A stretch of 64,000 nt of DNA from a virus (Duplodnaviria > Heunggongvirae > Uroviricota > Caudoviricetes). This document shows, piece after piece, positions 18,175-23,918 of this stretch (within the stretch, counting starts at the first letter, position 1; the number at the start of each line of letters is the position of its first letter). A program made the translations under genes and the position numbers. The notes under the pieces are model-generated. The model did not search any database, was not told the origin of the DNA, and saw nothing but the letters and a program-made list of their open reading frames with translations. Location of the stretch: positions 100,770-164,769 of IMG/VR virus record IMGVR_UViG_3300048672_000527; one strand, given 5' to 3'.

Positions 18175-18175
18175 G

Positions 18176-18204
18176 TTTACTTTTATTTGTGGGTGTGTTA
18201 TAAT
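18176..18204 (+). promoter_or_regulatory. early promoter with -10 inside stem-loop (GTGTT-ATAATA-AACAC), drives the 1-kb non-coding block
   Basis: TTTACTTTTATTTGTGGGTGTGTTATAAT. Confidence 0.65.
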
Positions 18205-19248
18205 AAACACTTCAACAAATTACTAACATTAAAGATTATTTTGTGATTTTTAATGTTAGTATAAAATAAGATTTAACGAGGCGTAGCTCGTGGCATTGAC
18301 GAAAGTCAGTGTTGTGTGATAAGTGTAGTGATACACCCAAAGATGTGATGCTTACATAGCACCGCCTAGCAATAGGTCACTCTACGCAAGCCTGCTCAGA
18401 CTCGTGAGGGTCCCATCATGGATAAGACCTGTGGTGGTAACAGTGAAGCAAGTGTAATGGAAAGAACATTGGCTTAGACGCCCGCAAGGGGAACGTCAGT
18501 CGATGGAGAGTAACAGGTGGTGCTGACCTCATTACAAACCAACTTGGCAACTGGTATGAGAAAAGGTAGTCAGAGTAATCCGAGGAGTCGCATCCAAGGG
18601 TGGCTGGCAGTTTGAATGGTTTATGGTGGTACGCGAAAGCCGAGACCCAACATGAATCGTGAAAGACGACTGAGTAGCTCGCGAGGCAAAAGGTACGTGG
18701 TGTGTTGTATTTCGTGGAACAAAATTTTGCGAAGCAACTGAGACTGCACATCACAGTAAGTTATTTGTAGCATAATGGTAATGCAATTTCCTGTTAAGAA
18801 ATACACTGTTGGTTCAAATCCAACCAAAATTTAAAACGCAAAGACAGTCTCGGTAGTATGTGAAAGACATCTAAAACTTTGATCCGTAAGGATAACGAAG
18901 TCTAGTGAAACTCGCAAGGTGACATTAGTTTATGGTGGAAACTTCATAGATGGTTAGCGCCGTCGAACAGCTCGCAAGGTTGGTGGGGAATGATACTGTA
19001 GAATAGCATATTACGATAAGTCTACTGCCTGACTTTCAAAACGGCGATGTTAACGGTTTACGGATACGCGAAAGCTGAGACCCCGTGGAAGAGGAGCGAA
19101 GTGTGACTCGCAAGGTTACATTATAATGCACGAAGAACCGTTGTAACGACTGTATTCTCAGGTCGCTAAAGTGTTTATTATATTGAGCAAATTATAAGCA
19201 AGTGTTTAATATATTGTACATTTTAATGTTTTTTAACTGGAGTTTATT
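18205..19248 (+). ncRNA. candidate large structured non-coding RNA (~1 kb)
   Basis: no plausible ORF either strand; GC higher than flanks; repeated modules (CTCGCAAGG x4, ACGCGAAAGCYGAGACCC x2, GTTTATGGTGG x2); GNRA hairpins. Confidence 0.35.
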
Positions 19249-19464
19249 ATGAGTTTTAAGCGTGATGAAAATAACCGTTTTGTTCCAACGAAACATTTCA
19301 AGATGACTAAGTCGGCAAAGCGATTGGTAGCTGCAATTCAAAGTAAAGAATTGCGTGATCACTTTAAGGGTATGATGCAACAAGCAATTATGCAGTCATT
19401 TGAAGTGATTGAAAAGAAGAAAAAGAATCCGTTGACCGGCAAGGTTGAGGCGGAAGCCGTGTAA
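19249..19464 (+). CDS. hypothetical small basic protein
   Basis: ORF with RBS GGAG; inside tRNA array. Confidence 0.45.
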   Translation: MSFKRDENNRFVPTKHFKMTKSAKRLVAAIQSKELRDHFKGMMQQAIMQSFEVIEKKKKNPLTGKVEAEAV

Positions 19465-19472
19465 ATATTACA

Positions 19473-19554
19473 GCGGGCGAGTGGAACAGATATATAAACC
19501 ATTCCGGTCTCATAAGCCGGCGATACTAGGTGCGACTCCTAGGCTCCGCATCCA
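19473..19554 (+). tRNA. tRNA (CAT anticodon: Met/Ile2-type), atypical D region
   Basis: AC CCGGT-CTCATAA-GCCGG; T-arm CTAGGTGCGACTCCTAG. Confidence 0.45.
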
Positions 19555-19559
19555 ATAAT

Positions 19560-19633
19560 TCTCGTTTAGCTCAATGGTGGAGCACCTCCTCTATGGAGAG
19601 CGGCCAGTGGATCGGTACCACTAACGGGAGCCA
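19560..19633 (+). tRNA. tRNA, anticodon uncertain (TAT?); T-loop ATCGGTA
   Basis: acceptor TCTCGTT/AACGGGA, D GCTC-AATGGTG-GAGC, CCA. Confidence 0.5.
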
Positions 19634-19638
19634 AATTT

Positions 19639-19714
19639 GGTCATATAGTGTAGAAGTTCTGCACAAGAGATTCATAACCTCTAAGTCTAGGAGCGTTACC
19701 TAGTATGACCACCA
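19639..19714 (+). tRNA. tRNA-Met (CAT); T-loop AGCGTTA
   Basis: perfect acceptor GGTCATA/TATGACC, loop TTCATAA. Confidence 0.65.
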
Positions 19715-19852
19715 CCGAGTATAACTCGAAGACTTGAGTGCTAATCTACACACTCTGAGGAATGTTCACCAAGAAACAGAACGAACAGTCTTCCAAAACT
19801 TTATTTGGCCGCGAAAGCGTCACCGGCTTAGCATAAGATCACAGGTGAATAT

Positions 19853-19927
19853 GCGGGATAAGTGTTGGTGATTACATTTCTGACTTCCAATCAGACGTAT
19901 GGGGTTTGACTCCCCAATCCCGCTCCA
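19853..19927 (+). tRNA. tRNA-Gly (TCC)
   Basis: perfect acceptor GCGGGAT/ATCCCGC; AC TCTGA-CTTCCAA-TCAGA as in T4 tRNA-Gly. Confidence 0.8.
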
Positions 19928-20029
19928 TTTTCAATGTACATACAAACCTCGAATAATTAGAGTCACAATCTGATTTAATTTGAGTAAATGTAGTTCATTG
20001 TTGTTTGTTTAAATGTACATCGAAAATGG
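19925..20029. repeat. 17-bp inverted repeat (CCATTTTCAATGTACAT / ATGTACATCGAAAATGG) flanking 70 nt
   Basis: seen directly; overlaps 3' end of tRNA-Gly and precedes CDS 20041. Confidence 0.5.
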
Positions 20030-20040
20030 ATAAATAATAG

Positions 20041-20247
20041 ATGCTTGATACAGAAAACAATAGACGTCTTGCTAGTAAATTATCGGATGCAGTTGATGAA
20101 TGCATTCTGATGTATGAACGCGGCAATGATAAACTTGCTATTGAAACACTATCCCGTCTTGGGTTTAGCGCAATGAGTATCCATCGAATATTAATGAATC
20201 CCGATCATCGTAGAAGATATATCAACGCGATGATCGAAGGTAATTAG
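20041..20247 (+). CDS. hypothetical small protein
   Basis: ORF inside tRNA array; stop TAG abuts next tRNA. Confidence 0.4.
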   Translation: MLDTENNRRLASKLSDAVDECILMYERGNDKLAIETLSRLGFSAMSIHRILMNPDHRRRYINAMIEGN

Positions 20248-20329
20248 CTGAAGTCGCATAGCGGCAATTGCAACGCTCTTGTAAGGCGTCGGGAAACCTA
20301 CGTGAGTTCGAGTCTCACCTTCAGCACCA
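20247..20329 (+). tRNA. tRNA-Thr (TGT)?, with extended variable region
   Basis: perfect acceptor GCTGAAG/CTTCAGC, T-arm GTGAGTTCGAGTCTCAC, loop CTTGTAA. Confidence 0.55.
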
Positions 20330-20334
20330 AATAT

Positions 20335-20423
20335 GGAGTTATGCGACGATGGCGTCAAGCGGTCTTGAAAACCGTGCTACTGTTGATGAAACGGTAAGGG
20401 TTCGATTCCTTGTAGCTCCTCCA
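20335..20423 (+). tRNA. tRNA-Ser (TGA), class II
   Basis: acceptor GGAGTTA/TAGCTCC, AC GCGGT-CTTGAAA-ACCGT, long variable arm. Confidence 0.7.
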
Positions 20424-20425
20424 GA

Positions 20426-20521
20426 ATATCAGTAGTTTAAAGAGGTGCAAAAGATAAATCCTCGTAGCAAAACAGAGTTAGAGCTCACTCGTTGATGGTT
20501 CAAGCCCATCCTGGTATGCCA
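20426..20521 (+). tRNA. tRNA-like, abnormally long (96 nt), identity undetermined
   Basis: acceptor ATATCAG/CTGGTAT, T-arm GATGGTTCAAGCCCATC, G-CCA end. Confidence 0.35.
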
Positions 20522-20527
20522 ATATAA

Positions 20528-20601
20528 GCCCTTTTATTTCAATAGAAGAATAGATCTTTGGTAAGGATCAGACAGAGGAGCGTAACCTCTAAAGGGCACC
20601 A
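20528..20601 (+). tRNA. tRNA-Thr (GGT); T-loop AGCGTAA
   Basis: perfect acceptor GCCCTTT/AAAGGGC; loop TTGGTAA. Confidence 0.65.
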
Positions 20602-20607
20602 GAATAT

Positions 20608-20696
20608 GCGGATGTGGCGGGAATTGGAAGACCCGGCTGCCTCAAAAGTAGTTGATCGCGAAAGCGTTGTGAGTTCGAGTCTCACCATCCGCACCA
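20608..20696 (+). tRNA. tRNA-Leu (CAA), class II
   Basis: perfect acceptor GCGGATG/CATCCGC; loop CTCAAAA; variable arm with GCGAAAGC hairpin. Confidence 0.7.
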
Positions 20697-20839
20697 AGAT
20701 AATCCATATCTGGTTTAAGGTAAAGTCACAACCAGAAAGTTTCAATAACTGCGATATTAACTTCGGTTAGTATAACAGGTTGATTCAAAACCTTAAGTGA
20801 ACGAGTTTGGTAGTGGAAGCCAAACAAGATGTATTTGGA

Positions 20840-20925
20840 GACACGTTGGCTGAGAGGACGAAGGCAACAGTCTGCAAAACTGAAGTAGAGATACCACAGG
20901 GGTTCGAATCCCCTACGTGTCTCCA
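20840..20925 (+). tRNA. class-II-length tRNA, anticodon unresolved (GCA?)
   Basis: perfect acceptor GACACGT/ACGTGTC; T-arm AGGGGTTCGAATCCCCT. Confidence 0.5.
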
Positions 20926-21061
20926 AATACATTTATTGCGTGTGCACGCGGATACCGCCCTGACGAGTTAGTCAACCAAGACACAGTTCGTCGTACCGTT
21001 GCGCGTGGCAGTCGAAAGATCAGTTCATAACTTGGATATTATGGGCGGCAATAAGTAATAT

Positions 21062-21149
21062 GGAAGGTTGGGTGAGCGGTTAAACCAGCGGTTTGCTAAA
21101 CCGCGACTCTGAAAGGGGTCCATCAGTTCGAGTCTGATACCTTCCGCCA
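21062..21149 (+). tRNA. tRNA-Ser (GCT), class II
   Basis: perfect acceptor GGAAGGT/ACCTTCC; AC GCGGT-TTGCTAA-ACCGC. Confidence 0.75.
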
Positions 21150-21153
21150 ATAT

Positions 21154-21245
21154 GCGAGTGAGACTTGATAGTCAGAGAGGTCTTATAAACCTTTTAGCGC
21201 CAGATTAGCGTTCTTGAGTGGGTTTGATTCCCACCACTCGTACCA
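21154..21245 (+). tRNA. tRNA-like, 92 nt, anticodon loop CTTATAA (TAT/TAA?), irregular D/variable arms
   Basis: acceptor GCGAGTG/CACTCGT; T-arm GTGGGTTTGATTCCCAC. Confidence 0.4.
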
Positions 21246-21261
21246 AGTTAAATAGTTTTAT

Positions 21262-21337
21262 TCCTCGGATGCGGAAAAGTGATGCAACTGGCTTTGAACC
21301 AGTCCAAAAGTAGGGGCAGTACCTACCCGGGGTGCCA
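21262..21337 (+). tRNA. tRNA-Gln (TTG); T-loop GGCAGTA
   Basis: AC ACTGG-CTTTGAA-CCAGT; acceptor with first-pair mismatch. Confidence 0.65.
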
Positions 21338-21345
21338 ATTATAAT

Positions 21346-21422
21346 CCGTGTGTAGCGCAGTCTGGTAGCGCATCTGCTTTGGGAGCAGAGGGTCGCAGGT
21401 TCGAATCCTGCTACACGGACCA
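21346..21422 (+). tRNA. tRNA-Pro (TGG)
   Basis: canonical: D GCGC-AGTCTGGTA-GCGC, loop TTTGGGA, T-arm GCAGGTTCGAATCCTGC. Confidence 0.85.
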
Positions 21423-21528
21423 GTTTAAATATGCAATATAAGTTTTGTTGGTGTGGTCAGATTATTTGGAATGATACCAATGTTTGCCCATGCTGCGGTA
21501 GAAAAGTGTTTTGGAAACAAAGATTCTT

Positions 21529-21584
21529 TAGTCCCGCCAGACAGTTCGATTCTGTTGGCTCTTCTGGGTGAGAGGGCGGGACTA
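21529..21584 (+). ncRNA. tRNA-like element S1: 10-bp helix (TAGTCCCGCC/GGCGGGACTA) enclosing a canonical T-arm (ACAGTTCGATTCTGT)
   Basis: seen directly; not a complete cloverleaf. Confidence 0.35.
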
Positions 21585-21589
21585 AGGGA

Positions 21590-21662
21590 TTTTAACACCC
21601 ATGATCTAGGTTCGATTCCTGGCTGTCGCGAGGTCCGATGGGTTCGGGCATGGGTGTTAAAA
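21590..21662 (+). ncRNA. tRNA-like element S2: 14-bp helix (TTTTAACACCCATG/CATGGGTGTTAAAA) enclosing T-arm-like hairpins
   Basis: 73 nt, tRNA-sized but closing helix far too long for an acceptor stem. Confidence 0.35.
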
Positions 21663-21670
21663 TTCTTTAT

Positions 21671-21744
21671 GCGTGCTTAGTTTAATGGTAGAACCAGACG
21701 TTGCCAACGTTTAAGCAGGAGTTCGATTCTCCTAGCCCGCACCA
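21671..21744 (+). tRNA. tRNA-Gly (GCC)
   Basis: D GTTT-AATGGTA-GAAC, loop TTGCCAA, T-arm AGGAGTTCGATTCTCCT. Confidence 0.8.
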
Positions 21745-21847
21745 GTTAAAGGTTCACATAGGCATCAGACCACGTCCCAGTGCCTTGAATATGTGTTAAC
21801 ATTGTGTAGCTTGGTCTAATGACTACACAGAGCCCTAGTAGATATTT

Positions 21848-21922
21848 GCGATGTTAGCTTAGTGGTAAAGCAGATGCCTCTAAAACATTTGATCGAGGGT
21901 TCGATCCCCTCACATCGCGCCA
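21848..21922 (+). tRNA. putative suppressor tRNA, anticodon CTA (reads UAG)
   Basis: perfect acceptor GCGATGT/ACATCGC, D GCTT-AGTGGTA-AAGC, AC GATGC-CTCTAAA-ACATT, T-arm GAGGGTTCGATCCCCTC. Confidence 0.55.
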
Positions 21923-21986
21923 GATTTATAACCCTAATTGAAAGGACGTGTCATGTTGTAGATGCCGAACAAAGATCCTCCATAAT

Positions 21987-22000
21987 AAACCTGCAGGTTT
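21987..22000. repeat. perfect 14-nt palindrome AAACCTGCAGGTTT
   Basis: seen directly; possible terminator or processing site after tRNA block. Confidence 0.4.
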
Positions 22001-22037
22001 AATTAAATGTGCACGTTTATTATTTTTGGAGAATCAA

Positions 22038-22352
22038 ATGGAAAAGACTTTTTATATCAGTAAAGAACAATTTAATGCGGTAACAGCCGCTTGGAAGAAT
22101 AGTAAAGATCATACTGCCGCTGAGCATATCGTTTATAACGTATTGCGCAACAAACCGGTTGATAATGGCTTTACGGAGAAACATAAAAACATTCAAGGAT
22201 GTGATTCTTGGTACGGTTTTAATCAAGCATTAAGTAATGCAAGATGGATGTGTAAACTCCAAAATGATAGTAAGAAGCAACACTTTAAACAACGTTTCGG
22301 TATTGACATGCCGGAAGATATTGTTTCAAAGTTTGAGGGAGTTCAGAAATGA
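22038..22352 (+). CDS. hypothetical protein
   Basis: ORF 21948 trimmed to ATG after GGAG. Confidence 0.5.
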   Translation: MEKTFYISKEQFNAVTAAWKNSKDHTAAEHIVYNVLRNKPVDNGFTEKHKNIQGCDSWYGFNQALSNARWMCKLQNDSKKQHFKQRFGIDMPEDIVSKFEGVQK

Positions 22353-22651
22353 ATCCCTACATTTATATGTTCGTGCGACGGGACTTGAGTGTCCCTCAAC
22401 AAATAGTACAGACTGCTCACGCGGTCGATGAAATAGGAAAACGGTATCAATCCGGTAATGAAAATTATATGGTTTTGATAGATGTTAAAAATGAACAATC
22501 ATTAGTTGAAGTATCAGAATCCCTTAAGGAAAAGGATATAGAACATGAGATGTTCTTTGAACCCGATATAGACTCATATACAGCAATCGCAACACGTCCA
22601 TTAATTGGTGATGAGCGTATGAGTTTGAAAGGTTATAGGTTAATGCGTTAA
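22349..22651 (+). CDS. PTH2-like peptidyl-tRNA hydrolase (putative)
   Basis: FVRRDLSVPQQIVQTAHAVDE resembles PTH2 VVRTDL..AAQCSHAA motif; RBS GAGGGAG. Confidence 0.55.
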   Translation: MNPYIYMFVRRDLSVPQQIVQTAHAVDEIGKRYQSGNENYMVLIDVKNEQSLVEVSESLKEKDIEHEMFFEPDIDSYTAIATRPLIGDERMSLKGYRLMR

Positions 22652-22676
22652 CTTTTATTTGCCACTGTGTTATAAT
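22648..22676 (+). promoter_or_regulatory. early promoter; -10 inside stem-loop GCCACT..AGTGGC; drives tRNA-Lys
   Basis: TTAACTTTTATTTGCCACTGTGTTATAAT. Confidence 0.55.
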
Positions 22677-22685
22677 AGTGGCTAT

Positions 22686-22759
22686 GGGCTTCAAACATTG
22701 TGGCGATGTAATCGGCTCTTAACCGATAAAGCAGAGTTCAATTCTCTGGAGGCCTACCA
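22686..22759 (+). tRNA. tRNA-Lys (CTT)
   Basis: D ACAT-TGTGGCG-ATGT, AC ATCGG-CTCTTAA-CCGAT, T-loop TTCAATT. Confidence 0.75.
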
Positions 22760-22761
22760 AG

Positions 22762-22790
22762 TTTACTTTTATTATTCTTTGTGGTATAAT
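22762..22790 (+). promoter_or_regulatory. early promoter placed for leaderless transcript (ATG 7 nt after -10)
   Basis: GTTTACTTTTATTATTCTTTGTGGTATAAT TATATC ATG. Confidence 0.65.
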
Positions 22791-22796
22791 TATATC

Positions 22797-23132
22797 ATGA
22801 AAAAATTGATCTCAATCCTCACTTTAATGCTAACAGCTTGCGCTAGCGTACAAAAAATTGATACTGTCGAACTTGTGAAACCTACACGTTTCACTGAAGA
22901 ATTCACTATGGTCGTTAAGGTCGTAGAATTCAGAAAAATGGAACAACTGTGTTCTAAACTCGGTACGGGTTATAGCTCTAATGGTTGTTCTGTAACAAAT
23001 CTGGATACCAAAACGTGTACGATTTATGTTCCTGAAGTATTGCAGATGGATGATACTAAAGGTATGAAAATCTGGGGTCATGAATTAATGCACTGTGTTT
23101 ATGGTAAATACCATCACACTGAGGATATGTAA
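22797..23132 (+). CDS. small lipoprotein with HExxH motif (putative Zn-metallopeptidase-like)
   Basis: signal peptide + lipobox LTAC; HELMH near C-terminus. Confidence 0.55.
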   Translation: MKKLISILTLMLTACASVQKIDTVELVKPTRFTEEFTMVVKVVEFRKMEQLCSKLGTGYSSNGCSVTNLDTKTCTIYVPEVLQMDDTKGMKIWGHELMHCVYGKYHHTEDM

Positions 23133-23139
23133 AATTAAT

Positions 23140-23222
23140 GCGGGTTTGGGGGAATTGGTAGTCCCAGCAGACTTAAAATCTGCCGTTAATTCGTATCGGT
23201 TCGAGTCCGATAACCCGCACCA
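23140..23222 (+). tRNA. tRNA-Leu (TAA), class II
   Basis: acceptor GCGGGTT/AACCCGC; AC GCAGA-CTTAAAA-TCTGC; T-arm CGGTTCGAGTCCG. Confidence 0.8.
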
Positions 23223-23228
23223 AATAAT

Positions 23229-23304
23229 CTGGCGTTCGTATAATGGATCAATACATTAGGCTTCTACCCTTTTGATGGGGGTTCGATTCCCTCACGCCGG
23301 ACCA
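23229..23304 (+). tRNA. tRNA-Arg (TCT)
   Basis: D GTAT-AATGGAT-ATAC-like as in T4 tRNA-Arg; loop CTTCTAC. Confidence 0.7.
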
Positions 23305-23305
23305 A

Positions 23306-23436
23306 TTGTTTTATAAGAATATCTCTGTTACGGTCACGTCTGCCGCCATAGGCAGAGACGGATCGGTAGCTGGCACTGCGAAAGTCTAGTCCTGCCAGGG
23401 ATGAAGATGATATTTCAGAGCATTCTTATAAAACAA
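23306..23436. repeat. structured element bracketed by perfect 15-bp inverted repeat TTGTTTTATAAGAAT / ATTCTTATAAAACAA (~100 nt interior with hairpins)
   Basis: seen directly; no ORF, no cloverleaf. Confidence 0.5.
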
Positions 23437-23441
23437 TTTAT

Positions 23442-23516
23442 GCCTCGTTAGCTCAGAAGTAGAGCAACACCCTTACAAGGTGAAGGTCGGGATTGCAAAA
23501 TTCTCACGAGGTACCA
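23442..23516 (+). tRNA. tRNA-Val (TAC); 9-nt T-loop
   Basis: D GCTC-AGAAGTA-GAGC; loop CTTACAA; acceptor GCCTCGT/ACGAGGT. Confidence 0.65.
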
Positions 23517-23518
23517 AT

Positions 23519-23677
23519 TTAGAAGCAGCTGGTAGAACAGCAACGGGTTCGGAGGTCTAGGGTCCGTGTCGTATGATGAGGTGAACGGTAGACGCAAGTC
23601 ACACATCTAAAAGCCCATGAAGGCGATGACAATTTGGTTATGAGCACAGCGCAATGTCTCAGAATCCAAACTTCTAA
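23519..23677. repeat. ~150-nt structured element bracketed by inverted repeat ATTTAGAAG / CTTCTAATT
   Basis: seen directly; internal hairpins; no CCA end. Confidence 0.35.
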
Positions 23678-23683
23678 TTAATT

Positions 23684-23758
23684 GCTCGGGTAGCTCAGAG
23701 GAAGAGCACTTGGTCGACATCCAAGAGGTCGGGATTTCGAAATTCCCACCGAGTACCA
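23684..23758 (+). tRNA. tRNA-Val (GAC); 9-nt T-loop
   Basis: D GCTC-AGAGGAA-GAGC; AC CTTGG-TCGACAT-CCAAG. Confidence 0.7.
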
Positions 23759-23763
23759 ATTAA

Positions 23764-23860
23764 TGGCATGATTCTAGATGGGCGATGTCCCGCGTGTTCA
23801 CAGGTTTGCAAGCCTAAACACAACACGAGAGAGGTGGTGAAACTCCACCCTTGCCGACCA
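23764..23860 (+). tRNA. tRNA-like, abnormally long (97 nt), identity undetermined
   Basis: acceptor TGGCATG/CTTGCCG-A-CCA; T-arm GGTGGTGAAACTCCACC. Confidence 0.35.
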
Positions 23861-23918
23861 ATACTATCGGACTAATTTAAATAAATACTGGAACAACCGA
23901 AAGGGCTATTACATCTGT

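Noticed and set aside
18416-18827. Minus-strand ORFs 18416..18754 (112 aa) and 18621..18827 inside the 1-kb non-coding block
   Set aside because: The translation is Cys/His/Ser/Phe-rich and low-complexity. There is no RBS. The region is better explained as structured RNA.
21453-21680. ORF 21453..21680 (75 aa)
   Set aside because: It coincides exactly with the two long-helix tRNA-like elements S1 and S2 and has no RBS.
16272-23860. Possibility that the regularly spaced ~75-90-nt units ending in CCA are a CRISPR-like or satellite repeat array
   Set aside because: The units are different sequences and fold as individual tRNAs. There are no identical direct repeats and no cas genes.
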